Source: Octopus vulgaris (taxonomy: Eukaryota). From it: a stretch of 64,000 nucleotides of DNA. Each line of letters begins with the position of its first letter. Positions within the stretch are counted from its first letter, which is position 1. The stretch lies in assembly GCA_951406725.2 (NCBI GenBank), contig OX597822.1, positions 49,414,001 to 49,478,000 of the forward strand. Reading direction: 5' to 3'. Positions 13,902 through 29,118 of this stretch are shown here, piece after piece. The position numbers and the translations under genes are program-made. A model generated the notes under the pieces. The model was not told the origin of the DNA, made no database searches, and was given only the letters and a program-made list of their open reading frames with translations.

Positions 13902-14007
13902 TCAAAGTCGACCTCGGTGAAATTTGAACTCAAAATGGAATAATAGACGAAATAACGCGAAGCATTTCATCCGGCGAAATAACGTTTCTGCCAGCTCGCT
14001 GCCTTAG
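13902..14007 (-). mobile_element. SINE-B head fragment
   Basis: CAAAGTCGACCTCGG...AACGTTTCTGCCAGCTCGC. Confidence 0.75.
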
Positions 14008-15444
14008 GATGCAGATATTAACTTTAGAAATATATTCTTATCTTTGTTGCTTAGGCGTTACCTCTTACTTCCTCATTTACTGATATTACATATCGTAACA
14101 TTTTTACCTCATAACTGTCTTTGTACTAATTTCTGTTCAATGCGACCAACGATTCTGAATTCTTCATGCATTTTTCTATCATTTAAACCCATGAAAAGTA
14201 TACTTTTAATTTAAAATTTAAAATTTCATGTTAGTTGAAGATGAATATCTGCCTTACAGCCCACTTGAGGTCTGATATATTTTGATGTAACTTTTTTTCT
14301 ACTGAACCAAATCTCAAACTATTTATGCCAAAGTGTAGGTGGGAAGGTGACCTCTTTAACAGCTTGCAATTTAGATGAGAAGTGAATTAGCGGCCAAGCT
14401 TCGAAGCTGCTGCGATTGACGAAATGGTGGACTTAAGAATACATTCAACCACTTGGTTGAATGATTAGTTTAGTTGAGCGTTCACATCTCTTGCTTGTAT
14501 ATTTTCTATACATTTAAGAAATAAAAAAAAATAACTCGAGGTGATGTAAAGAGTATTAAACGTGTTCTTGCCAGGTTGTACAAAATCAAATCCACAGACA
14601 TAGTATTGATGATCTAACAGTTTTAATAATAACTTGTTACATTGGTTCAAGGTTATACATTATAGAGGAAGACATTGTCAAATATTTTCCTCATTATATT
14701 GAGATGGTAGTTATTTCACCAAATTCAGCAGAATAAAGCATTAAGTAGTCTAGACATCTACAGCGTTTAAAGATAGAATATAAAAGGTAATTAAATACCT
14801 CAAGAGACTATCCTTGTACTCTGCTTAATTGTAGGTCTAAAATGTTTAGAAGGTGCAAACACATGGACAGGTTTCTTTTGTTGAATTTGAGGACACCTAC
14901 CGCTCTGGATTGCTTTACAGTTTCGCAGACTTTGACGCATTTTCTCTTATTTTGTTCTATACCAGCTGCATTAATTGTGGTGTCTGCATTCACAGAAGAC
15001 AGGGATTTTAGTTTTCTTGCTTTCGTTTCTTTCTTCTCGTTCCATTATTTGCATCAACCTTCTTCGCGTTTTCCTTCTCGTTTCTTCATATTTTCTCACT
15101 TTCCAGTGTCCTTGTTTTGAAAACATATATAACGCATAAACAGAGCCTACAAATTTGCTTGAAGATAATATGCCTAGTTTAAGTATCATAAAAGCATGAA
15201 ACTATTAGTAATGCCTTCAGTTGTGTATTAAATGGATATTTATCTCTTAGTGAGTGGAGTACAATTACTGCTGATTCTACCTACGTTAGATCTATAAACT
15301 ACATACACACACGCACAAACACACACACACAAATATATCTCTATATATAAAGAATATATATATGTATATATGCATATATATATATACATATATACATACA
15401 TACATACATACACACATATATATATCTATATATATACATATACT

Positions 15445-15499
<55 letters not shown>

Positions 15500-15505
15500 G
15501 CATAT

Positions 15506-15925
15506 ATGGGTACAGGACGTCGAAAACCGTAAATAACATGAAATACGAAAACAAACGAGTTGATTACATAAACAAGAAGAGAAACAAATGAACAATAATA
15601 TGGGTCTTCGAAGGGCAGTTGCTCCTGTAAACGAAAATAAAATTTAGGATTTGCAAGCGTCAAAGTTCGTTACAAAAAACATGACAGTGGAGACATACAA
15701 AGAAACCGAACGAAAACAATCAGGGAGAGTCGTTAGACCAGGCGAAGGTAAAAACTGTTTTTGTTACCAACTTTGACCCTCCGCAATCCCAATTATTATT
15801 TTGGTTTGTGGGGGCAACTGCCTTTCGAAGACTCATATTATCGTTCAGTGCTAGAAATGAGAAGATGGACGACCGACCTCTGATGAAGGGTCGTTCTTTA
15901 CATTCAAACACAAGACAAAAGCCAA

Positions 15926-15928
<3 letters not shown>
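15506..15928. mobile_element. Probable PLE-derived repeat with internal 35-bp inverted repeat
   Basis: 15591-15625 and 15811-15845 are inverted with 4 mismatches. It starts at a TA tract with ATATGGGTACAGGAC, also seen reversed near 39600-39615, and carries CTGATGAAGGG near 15880. Confidence 0.45.
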
Positions 15929-16011
<83 letters not shown>

Positions 16012-16173
16012 TGCATAAAGATATTTCATTACTGTCCCTGCCACTTCCCCTCCCAAAGCTTTCATTCATACTGTAACATCTCTTATTCTTCGCTCGCCCT
16101 AGGGCGCTTGGTATCTTAGTAAGTGATTGCAACAAACATGCAGATTAGCAGCAAATAACAACAACAACAACAA

Positions 16174-16247
<74 letters not shown>

Positions 16248-16265
16248 ATAATAATAATAATAATG

Positions 16266-16319
<54 letters not shown>

Positions 16320-16345
16320 TTAATAATAATAATAATAATAATAAT
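15929..16345. repeat. (TAA)n, (CAA)n and (CTA)n trinucleotide microsatellites
   Basis: Directly visible. Confidence 0.95.
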
Positions 16346-16801
16346 TATGAATCGCTGTGCATTTAAAAGAAATAATTCCATATTTAGACTATTTCCTTTA
16401 AATGTTTCACTTTCTGTCTTCATGTGAGGAAGGCGAGTTTGTGTCAACCTGATTAATGTTTAAGTCATTTAATTTTTTTCTCTTTGAATTTCTGTTTCTA
16501 TTAGTGTGTTGCACTTGCTTGTGCATGCGCGCCCGAGTGTGTACTGCCAGTGCTAATATTTCTGTCCCAAGACTGGCTTGGCGCCTAAAAGTTTGCGGAC
16601 AGTCATCACATTCCTTTTGTAGTGATCATCTGACACATTAAATAAAATGTCTTCTGTTGCTCGGATTATGGTATTACAACGTTGATTATCTATCTACCTA
16701 CCTACCTACCTACCTACCTACCTACCTACCTACCTACCTACCTACCTACCTACCTACCTATCTACCTACCTACCTACCTATCTACCTACCTACCTACCTA
16801 C

Positions 16802-16853
<52 letters not shown>

Positions 16854-17847
16854 TTATATATCTATCTATCTATATATCTATCTATCTACTTGTATGTATG
16901 TGTGTGTGTCAGGCTCTTTGTGTGTGCGCATGTGTGTAGGGAGATGTGCTCATACAATTTAGTTGTTTATCGAAGCGCAAATCTCAAAGGAGTCTGATTC
17001 AGAAGATACTTATAAGAGAAGCAATCATTCTAATTTTACTGAATAGCTGTTTTAATTATTTCTTTATATTGTTGCAGTATTATGGCATAATTTTCTCCAA
17101 GAAAGGCATTCATTTTTTAAGTGTTACTATGTATACGTACATGAATGATATCGTCAAATTATTTACAAAAGAATAAAAATCGATTACATTCTTGTCCTCT
17201 GGGCCATCGGCTAATTTATACTAATAACTTCTGTTATAAATTATGAACTCAAGAAACCATTTCTTTCTAAACTAAACTGATGTATGTATGAAGAAACACT
17301 AGATTATTGCTTCTCTGCCCATCCTTACTTCAGGTGGAACGTTGTCTAATTCTCAGAAAAAATGTATTGCTAGTTCTATACATGCGACTTGTAACGAGTA
17401 AGCTCAACGAATAGACTCAACTTTGAATTCTAATTATAACTACTTACATTTATTTCGCAAACGACGAGATGAACACTAAGACTTCTTAGTTCATTTCATT
17501 TGAAGCTTATGAAGAACCGACAACTTTACATACATATAATTATATATTGCACAACTGAATTTCCCTTTCAGTCACGACATTCTGTTTAATTACAAATTAT
17601 TGATTATGTGAACTGAACTACATTTGCACTATAATAATTGTTTCTCCAACCAATCCTGTTTCTCTTTAATATATTTAACCAGGCTAGGGTTTCCAGGCTG
17701 GACTACAAGTAAAGTATTAGTACTACCTTTGAACACTGCACACTACTATCGAATTTTGGGCTACTTTAAATTATTAATTTTTTAAAAATCAGAGTCCTAT
17801 TGAATATCATTAAATAATCAACTAAATATGTTAGAGCTGACCTGCAA

Positions 17848-17883
<36 letters not shown>

Positions 17884-18183
17884 ACAACATTTATTTATGT
17901 TTAACAACTGAATGAATTTAATAAAAACATCTAAATATGAATATCATGAAAATTTTTGAAACTGAAGTCCTTCCTAAGCGACACATTTTTCCCTTCGAGT
18001 CAATACAGATAGTTACAGATAGTATTAATGACATTTTTGATTTACTCTCGGATGACCTTTGGCCAACCCTGTATATATATATATATATATATTTACCGGA
18101 GTAAACAGATAAATGTGAAACAAGGTGGAAAATAGAGTACACAAATACCAGAGGTAGAGTAATATGCTTTTAAATAAAGTATA

Positions 18184-18238
<55 letters not shown>

Positions 18239-18566
18239 TGTATATATGTATGTATCCATATATTTGTATGTATGTACGTATATTAATATTTTGCTTAGGC
18301 ATAGTGATAGTAACCCAGTATTAGAATTGAATGTACATATGTTTCAGAATAAAGCGTTAGGTGAGTACAGAACATGAAAGTAATTAAAAGACAAACGAAC
18401 TAGAAACACCGGGGAAATTATAGATGATGCACAGCTATTGAGGTCTGAGTGCACCACACCTACTACCAGAAACAGATGTAAGCTGAAGTTTATTGCATAA
18501 TTTCCCGTTCCTTTGTCATTTTTCTACTTTCATGTACAAGTGCATAAACATACGCGCGCAAGTGTA

Positions 18567-18637
<71 letters not shown>

Positions 18638-18742
18638 CAAGATGTAACCACATATGAACACAAGCACAAAATATATGTATATATATCTCTTCAATTGTGC
18701 ACATTCAAAGAATAAAATTCATTTTCAGCATTAAATAATATT

Positions 18743-19328
18743 TATTTCTTTATTGCTCTCAGTGGGGCTAAACATAGAGGGAACAAACAAGGACAGACAA
18801 AGGGATTAAGTCGATTATATTCATCCCAGTGCGTGACTGGTACTTATTTATCGAACTCGAAATCATGAAAGGCCAAGTCTACGGAATTTGAACTCAGAAC
18901 GTAGCGGCAGACGAAATACCTATTTCTTTACTACCCACAAGGGGATAAACACAGAGAGGACAAACAATGACAGACAAACAGATTAAGTCGATTATATCGA
19001 AACCAGTGTGTAACTAGTACGTATTTAATCGACCCCGGAAGGATGAAAGGCAAAGTCGACCTCGGCGGAATTTGATCTCAGAACGTAGCGGCAGATGAAA
19101 AACCTATTTCTATACTACCCACAAGGGGCTAAACACAGAGAGGACAAACGGACTAAGTCGAGTATATCGACCCCAGTGCATAACTGGTACTTATTTAATC
19201 GACCCCGAAAGGATGAAAGGCAAAGTCGACCTCGACGGAATTTGAACTCAGAACGTAGCGACAGATGAAATACGGCTACGCATTTCGCCCGGCGTGCTAA
19301 CGTTTCTGCCAGCCCACCGCCTTACCAG
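18743..19328 (-). mobile_element. SINE-B head-to-tail trimer (single head) with 11-bp TSD
   Basis: Tail ends at 18743, 18921 and 19105. Internal junctions read GAAATA|GGTATTTC and GAAATA|GGTTTTTC. TSD TAAATAATATT at 18732-18742 and 19329-19339. Confidence 0.9.
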
Positions 19329-19413
19329 TAAATAATATTAAATGTGTTCTTATTTATTATATCTCTTTATTATTATAAGATGGGAGTACTGAAGGGGGAG
19401 AAAAACGAAAAGG

Positions 19414-19415
<2 letters not shown>

Positions 19416-19493
<78 letters not shown>

Positions 19494-19555
19494 GTATAAA
19501 TCATATATATATATATATATAATTTATATATATATGTATGTATATATATATAATT

Positions 19556-19648
<93 letters not shown>

Positions 19649-19687
19649 TTTATATATATATAATTTTTTTTTTTTGTTATCTGTTTC

Positions 19688-19735
<48 letters not shown>
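19416..19735. repeat. (TA)n-rich tract
   Basis: Directly visible. Similar tracts at 23940-24300, 28570-28700 and 34200-34760. Confidence 0.95.
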
Positions 19736-19739
<4 letters not shown>

Positions 19740-20699
19740 CATAACAACAAATTTCCAATATTCCAGTAATAGAAAAAAGGTAGGTAGTTAATTAGAAATA
19801 AAATTGGAAGTCTCTGAATTGATCAAGGTATTAAAATACTTCTATTATTTCTATTTTACATTTATGTGGTTTTTTTATATAGTTATTTTCTTTTGAAATT
19901 TTATATCTCAATTGGTCAATAACAACGTCGTTGGCTAAAGGTTTCTAACGAAATCAATTACTGGTTCATTGCATTTCTGATTGTGATAAGAACAAGCGAG
20001 TTTATTTAATTCGATGCAAAATAAATATCTGAAGGATTTTCACTTGTAAGACACTGGATTTTTCGATGACGTTTATATCCTTCACTGATATATACCAAAA
20101 ACCACACACATTTTGTTCAACAGACTTCTTCAATTTCCCTTTACAAAATTCCACTAAATAAGTATTGATAATAATGAGAATTGAGATCGAATCTAGAACC
20201 ATGAGGTTGCAAAGCAAACTTCTTACCTACACATCTATACTAGAAATCATTTTATCTATTTATTTATTGAAATTTTAAATTTTCTTATTTGAAAGTATAT
20301 TTCTTTTCAAAGTCTCTCTTTGAGGTTTTGAATGAAAAACGATATACTGAAACGAACTTCTGAATTACCTTCTTTGTTTTTCTTTTTAAGATTCAATTTC
20401 ATTTATAAGTAAATCAGTTTATTTAAATTTGCTTCAGAATTACATTAAATAAATTGTTTTCCGTATGAGTAAATAAATACAGTAAAATAAACATGAGATA
20501 AAAAGTAAGTTATATAAATTTAAGTAAACCAAATAATAAAAATCCGATATTTATTCAGTAAACAGATTTTCGAAACTTTATTTTCATCATATTACAATTC
20601 CAGTTTCAATATTTGGGCTACGGCCATACTGTTGCACCTCTATCAAGAGTATTTATCGATTATATTGACTCCCATCTCTCGTGCTACATATTCATTGGT

Positions 20700-21060
20700 G
20701 TCAGTGAAGGTATGTCACTTAGTGGTTAGGACATTCGGCTCATAATTATGAGACTATGAGATCAATTCCTGCATCAGTTGTTGATCTATATCTTGCATCA
20801 TTGAGCAACGTTTTTTTTTAAAATTCATGTTCCTTCAGTCTACCCAGGTATAATGAGTACTAACAGTTTGCTGATGCTGGTTTCCGTCCTCCATCTGTCG
20901 CATTCTGTATGCGACCTCTTGAATCAAGGGTGACAAAAACAAGAGTGTGTCCTCATCGGTGGCTACATAGGAACATCATGAAATTAACTCAACCTAGGGT
21001 GATGTTATTAAGCCATTGTCACTCGTGAGTGACAGGCGCTGTACTTGCGAATCTGGTGTA
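20700..21060 (+). mobile_element. Old tRNA-derived SINE-like remnant
   Basis: A-box-like CACTTAGTGGTTAGG and B-box-like GAGATCAATTCC; highly diverged. Confidence 0.35.
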
Positions 21061-21229
21061 GTATGCATAGTAAAAAACAACAATGAAGCATTATATAATA
21101 GTACTTAACTTACAAGACTAATAAGGTGTGGCTTCATAACATGCCACTGGAAGACGAGGAACCGCGTCATATGAACACACACACACACACATATATATAT
21201 ATGTATATATATTTATATATATATATAAT

Positions 21230-22630
21230 CAAAGCAATCAACAAGATATCAAGAAGTGATGCAGTACGACCATTTTAAGCGACTCCATTGAATTGAACAA
21301 GGCAAACATTACTTCAATTTAAATGCAGTGCTATCATCAGCTGCACAAATGAATAGAATTTTAATGAGTTGGACACATTAATATATTTTTCTCAAATACT
21401 TTAACAGCGGAAGAAGATTGAAGAAATTCATGTTGTCGCTATTGTAGCTAAGAATAAACTACACTTCCAAGAATGGCATGAATCCCACAGGGGTCATAGC
21501 TTGTAAAGGATTGTGGTTAGTTTCTAATTTATTTGTCTTTTAATCAACTACTAAATCTAAGCCTAGAGGACTGTGTCTGTTTAGAATGAAGGGCAAGAGT
21601 GAGTTGACAGCTCAAGACAAGGTATGGTCATAAATATTATCATATGTATCCCTTTTTTCAGGGAAAGAAGAACACATTAGGAGTAATAAATTGGATATAG
21701 AGTAACTGTCTATTAAATGAGGCTGGATAGGGGAACACTCTAAATCATGATGTTAATAACCACTTAAAGGGGTAAGACGCTAATAAAACCTAGGATGTTA
21801 ATACAGGGGACATCAACTTAGAAATTAAAAAAATATGATGGGATATGACCTAGCGGATAGAACCGAACTCTTACAACTAAATGAACCAAAGATTAACCTC
21901 AAGGACCATAAAAAGAACTTTTAGGATAATCCTGCTGTTAGACAGATTTGCCCGACTAAGTCCGATATAGGTTGGATACTTTACTACCCCTAATAATCCC
22001 TAACCTATCTCTCAAATTATGGGTTGATACGGATGAAATGATATATTGGTTCAAATACATTGAAATACGTAATTATTCGTTTATTCAGTTTGATTATTAA
22101 CAGTTCGTATTCTAGTATATTTCTTATTCTTCTTAACAAATCCCTAATTTTCGCAAAATCCTCTCTCTTTTAACTAGGGATAAAATTGACATTCTTTTAG
22201 CCCGGAAGACTATCATAGAATTTGAGGGTAAGCTAGGGATGAGTTCCGATACCCTTGATAATTTCGATATAGCTATGGGCTCTAATGATTCGGTGGAAAT
22301 TACTAACCTAGTTAGTGCGTATCTCTTAAAGTGCCTTAATAGCAAAATCCCTGAGTTGCAGGGAGGTTTATATATAGACGATGCTCTCTTTATTATCCCT
22401 AGTGATGATAAAAAATCGGTCATAGAAAGAATGTGAAAAAGAATTAGAATTTTTTTAAGAGCTTCAACTTAGGAATTATGTTTGAATATGGCACACACGT
22501 GGAAAATTTCTCGGACACTACATTAGACATTAATTCAATATTGTACCACCCCTGAAGGAAACCGGCTGAAGTTACGAGGTATTGAACAAATCATCAAATT
22601 ACCCCGCTAATATATTAAAATCAGTAGTGA
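21230..22630 (+). mobile_element. Penelope-like element remnant (Naiad-like RT) with inverted pLTR
   Basis: Plus strand gives KDHKKNF*DNPAVRQICPTKSDIG (~21900) and FDIAMGSNDSVEITNLV...GLYIDD (22239-22436). 21230-21740 is an oppositely oriented 3' repeat that recurs at 35600-36120. Confidence 0.75.
21260..21345 (-). ncRNA. Type I hammerhead-ribozyme-like motif with long stem II
   Basis: Minus strand: TGCAG-CTGATGA-long hairpin-TAAAA(degenerate GAAA)-TGGTCG-TA-CTGCA. Stem I is perfect. Confidence 0.55.
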
Positions 22631-22639
22631 TGTGTTTGT

Positions 22640-23274
22640 AGGGGCTAAACACAGAGGACAAACAAGGACAGACAAACGGATTAAGTCGATTATATCGACC
22701 CCAGTGCGTAACTGGTACTTAATTTATCGATCACGAAAGGATGAAAGGCAAAGTCGACCTCGGCAGAATTTGAACTCACAACGTAGCGGCAGACGAAATA
22801 CCGCTAAGCACTTCGCCCGGCATTCTAACGATTCTGCCAGCTCGCCACCTTCAAAATATATTTCTTTACTGCCAACACGGGGCTAAACATAGAGGGAACA
22901 AACAATGACAGACTAAGAGATTAAGTCGATTACATCGACCCCAGTGTGAAACTGTTACTTTATTTATCGACCCCGAAAGGATGAAAGGTAAAGTCGACCT
23001 CGGCAGAATTTGAATTTAGAACGTAACGGTAGACGAAATACCTATTTCTTTATTACCCACAAGGGGCTAAACACAGAGGGGACAAACAAGGACAGACATA
23101 GGTATTAAGTCGATTACATCGACCCCAGTTCGTAACTGGTACTTAATTTATCGACCCCGAAAGGATGAAAGGCAAAGTCGACCTCGGCGGAATTTGAACT
23201 CACAACGTAACGCAGACGAAATACCGCTAAGCATTTCGCCCGGCGTGCTAACGTTTCTGCCAGCTCGCCGCCTT
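22640..23274 (-). mobile_element. SINE-B monomer (22640-22850) plus head-to-tail dimer (22859-23274)
   Basis: Tail ends at 22859 and 23043, 184 bp apart. The internal junction is GAAATA|GGTATTTCG. Confidence 0.9.
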
Positions 23275-23942
23275 AAATGAGGAGTATATTGACGTAGGTT
23301 AATGTGGGGCTGAGGTTTTAGTACGTGTAATCGTATTGTGTACGTGAGAAAAGTGTGGGAGTGAGGAGTTGGGAGCACACGCACACACAGACTCTCTCTC
23401 ATGTACACACATGCACATACCCACACACACACACACTTTCACAGACATGCACAAACGCACACACGCACACACACACACATACACATAGACACATACAGAC
23501 CCCCTACACATACACATGCGATTCAGTTCCGCAGTTTTCGCCTATAAATTTTCATTTAGAGAGTACGTGATTTTAGCAGAAAAAGCTGAAGACATAGTGT
23601 AGTACAAATGAACTCGAATTTATGTGGTTGCAAAGCAAAGTATAGGATGTTGTGACAAAGGTAGCGCCTACTCTACTATTCGAAATAATCACTGTTGACA
23701 TAGAAACACACTCAGAAAGGATGAAAACGAAATCGAATGAACACTTTGCTGAAGGAAACGAAAACCATCATTGTCAATTTAGAAATAAAAGTTACAACTC
23801 TTGATTTCGCAACAAATATTTTGGGCATATGATTATGAAACCATCCTACTTTTCTGTACTTAGTCATGCCTACTCTGATATTTACACACACACACACACA
23901 CACAAAATACGTACATATAGTATACATAAACATATGTACATT

Positions 23943-23974
<32 letters not shown>

Positions 23975-23992
23975 TATATGTATATACATATG

Positions 23993-24041
<49 letters not shown>

Positions 24042-24127
24042 ATGTTTGTATATATAGATATATATACATATATATATGTATATATATATATACGTATATA
24101 TATATATGTTTATATATATCTACTTAC

Positions 24128-24167
<40 letters not shown>

Positions 24168-24249
24168 TTGTATATATAGATATATATACATATATATATG
24201 TATATATATATATACGTATATATATATATGTTTATATATATCTACTTAC

Positions 24250-24307
<58 letters not shown>

Positions 24308-25134
24308 GTAAGTACCAAGTTATATGCGCTTACACACACATGTTCACTACAGCTGTGAACAGCCAAGGGCGAATCTTAGAGACGACTGTCTATTTTTGAT
24401 ATATTAAAATTTATCCATCAACTCTATTGAACATATCGAGTTCCATATCAGTTACTGTTTGCAAAGCGTATAATGTTTACTCTACTATATGCGAGAACTT
24501 TACACCAGAACTGCAAGAAAAGCCGTATGCTGCTGCAAGCAATGTTGGTACTCCAGCATGGTTACATCCTTTGGCTAAAACAAATAAAAGTATTTTTCAA
24601 AACTCATACATTATGATATACAAGAAACATACACGTGTGTGCACACTCACTTACCCCACCTCGCATATATGTAATGGTTTAAAGGATAGATATACATAAT
24701 TTTAAGTACGTACATGTGGTCAGTGAAAGTATGCTAATCAAATTAGAAAGAACGTTCTGCGTTCGATGTGACATTGCGGTGCCTTAATCATGTGCCTTAA
24801 GACCAATAATGTTCCTAAGATTGACCTTGTCCAGTGTTTTCATTGTGAATGAAATTTTGTAATCGAGTGGATCTATAGATGACCATCGAGTATGTGAGTG
24901 TGTACGTCTGTACATCTGCTCAATATCTTTTGAAAATATAAGAGTGTGAAAAACATTAAATGATATATATTTCCAATAAAAATAAGTTATGATATTTTTT
25001 TCCGCTCGAGTTATACAAATAATCCCTCGTTAATCTCCCGTCCTAGACAGTTACTCAAAATAATACATAGTTGCGACATACAGCAATAGCTTGTACGATG
25101 AAACAACTTCTTCATATATATATACACACACACG

Positions 25135-25240
<106 letters not shown>

Positions 25241-26242
25241 TGTGTGTGTGTGTACGTGTGGGTGAGTGGGGGTGGAAATACGTTCAAAGGAGACCAATTC
25301 AAACTTTTTGAGAGGTCCAAAAAGAGAGAAAGAATGATTTCTAATAAAGATTCATCATATTCATAAAAAAACAGCCAGAGCAAGTAATAAGTATATAAAA
25401 ATAGTAGTTGAAAAATATCGCTATAGGTATAAAAATGCCATAAACGATTATAGGAAAATGAAGGAGAAAAAGAAGTAGAATGAAAATTAGATTTAATACA
25501 AAATAGGATTCAATACATAAGCGCGTTTCAAAGGACAATACAAATATGTAAGAAAAAAATAATAATCATTGTAATTATAATTGAATTTATGCATTGTCAT
25601 TTACATGAGTGTGAGGAATTTTTGTAAGGTCATCAAAAAAGTTTAATAAAGTAAAGTAAATTAAATAAGATACAAATGAGGTAATAGGGAAAAAATCGGA
25701 TATTTATAAGCAAGTTGTAAAAGGAAAAAATAACAGTAGTAACAATAGTAAGAGAGAGGAAACAGAAAAAAAAAAGACATATCAATGTGTATGCACGTCT
25801 ATAAGTGCGGAAAACTATAACATTAAGAATAAAAATCTAACGGATATATTTATAAAAATGGTAACAGGTCGAGACATAGTATAATAAACAGGGCCATGTG
25901 TGTATAGTAGAATATAACGTAACAGGTGGACTAGTAGAAAAGAATCATAGAGAGTTAGATATTTACATATTAATATTATTGAAAAATGAAAAAAATATAT
26001 ATATTTTACACGAGGCTAAAAGTTGATAGGCAAGACTATGTTTGAAAAAAGTTACCATATTTAAGTAAAAATCTACATACATGCTGAGAAAAAAAAACCC
26101 AAAGCGAACTTAAGGAAAAATACGTCGATTGTGAGAGTTCATGTATGTATCTATAAACAAGCATGAAATCTAATTGTATTTGCTGGTTCAAATCTCGACA
26201 TGCACTGCAAGAAAGAGCAATGCTACCATGACTACTTCAATA

Positions 26243-26832
26243 ATCCTTTCTACTATAGGCACAAGGCCTGGATTTTTGTGGGGAGGGGGGACAATCGATT
26301 ACATCGACCCCAGTAATTGACTGGTACTTAATTTATCGACCCCCGAAAGGATGAAAGGCAAAGTCGAACTTGGCGGAATTTGAATTCAGAACGTAACGAC
26401 AGACAAAATACCTATTTCTTTACTACCCACAAGGAGCTAAACACAGAGAGGACAAACAAGGACAGCCAAACGGATTAAGTCGATTACATCGACCCCAGTG
26501 CATAACTGGTACTTAATTTATCGACCCCGAAAGGATGAAAGGCAAAGTCGACCTTGGCGGAATTTGAATTCAGAACGTAACGACAGACGAAATACCTATT
26601 TCTTTACTACCCACAAGGGGCTAAACACAGAGAGGACAAACAAGGACAGACAAACGGATTAAGTCGATTATATTGGCCCCAGTGCATAACTGGTACTTAA
26701 TTTATCGACCCCGAAAGTATGAAAGGCAAAGTCGACCTTTGCGGAATTTGAACTCAGAACGTAACGGCAGACAAAATACCGCTAAGAATTTCGGCCGGCG
26801 TGCTAACGTTTCTGCCAGCTCGCCGCCTTACC
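26243..26832 (-). mobile_element. SINE-B trimer: two Tx1-tailed units nested in a SINE-B with a different tail; 12-bp TSD
   Basis: Tx1-type tails end at 26413 and 26597 (184-bp period). The 3'-most unit ends CAGGCCTTGTGCCTATAGTAGAAAGG. TSD ACTACTTCAATA at 26231-26242 and 26833-26844. Confidence 0.9.
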
Positions 26833-26854
26833 ACTACTTCAATATTGATCATCC

Positions 26855-27750
<896 letters not shown>

Positions 27751-28567
27751 TTTATTAACTTTTTCAATTATTTGAGTGATTTGTAGTGGATTCGTTGAAG
27801 TGTAGGACTTGATCGTGTTGCAATATTTTGTTCATACCTTCAACGAACTCATGTTTTAATCAGCTTGGCGTTTACTTTGACTTTCAGCATTTAAATTTGA
27901 TAAAATGAATCCACCTTAATTTTCTTGCATTGTTTTTTTATTTGTTCTGTATCTGCTTGAAACCGTAGCACAGAATCCAGCATGGGATAGTTCACACATT
28001 GCATTCCTTCCCACTCACTAGGATTATTTTTACGACCGGAGATTCATTTGTTGGCCACAGTGAGCTAGAGAAAATGTCTCGGACATAGTTTAGGAAGTAA
28101 GAAACACCAGGGAAAGCTGAACAACACAAGATCTTCAGAGTAGAAGAGATCCATTCAACCGCATTCAAATGCTTCGGACCTTAATTCCTTACTCCCTAAG
28201 CAGGCTGGGCTACATCAAAGTCATAGGAATTGTTTCAAGGGAAAAGACGAATAATTTTTAGAGAAGTATTCTTGCTCATAAACACAAGAAAGTAATATGT
28301 GTGCATGTCTTTGTGTGCTTAGTAGTTTGAGTGCGTGTATATATGTGATGTGTTTGTATGAATGTGTTTGGGGGCATCAGCCTGCTGCAATTTCAAATAG
28401 GATTCTTATGATTTCACTGACATGACTAGAAACTATTGGAGCAATGATAAACAACCCAACCTATTGTTTCGCTTGCTCTTAAATCATATCAGCTTGTCAG
28501 ATTTAATAACTCCGCGCTAGAAATAATATGAATTTAATATTTACATGTAGTCACACACATAATGACT

Positions 28568-28702
<135 letters not shown>

Positions 28703-29056
28703 GTATGTGTGTGCGTGTGAGCAGGAATGTATGCAGGTGATTTCGTACATGTATACAAAGGAACATATATGAACTGTTTATGAATATACTCATACATAGT
28801 TATATACTTAGACACACACACACACACATGCACACACATATTTTGAAAGATGTACCTGTTTGGCAAGTAAAATGATCTGAAACCACGTGGAAAGCAAGTA
28901 TTAACCATTCTAAAATTCAGCAGCAGAACAGTGACAGTAACTATGTTTCACGTATTGCTACGGGAATTTCATCGTGAAAAACAATTGAAAGAAATTAGCA
29001 GCAATATGTAACTTCTACTTGGCAATTACATATACATATATGTATATATATATACG

Positions 29057-29112
<56 letters not shown>

Positions 29113-29118
29113 TGTATA

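Noticed and set aside
14300-15190. Possible P-element-like transposase remnant or host exons
   Set aside because: Only a weak GFDFVQPGK resemblance, with no continuous motif series or convincing splice structure.
24037-24290. ~120-bp duplication inside a TA-rich tract
   Set aside because: Ordinary higher-order microsatellite duplication.
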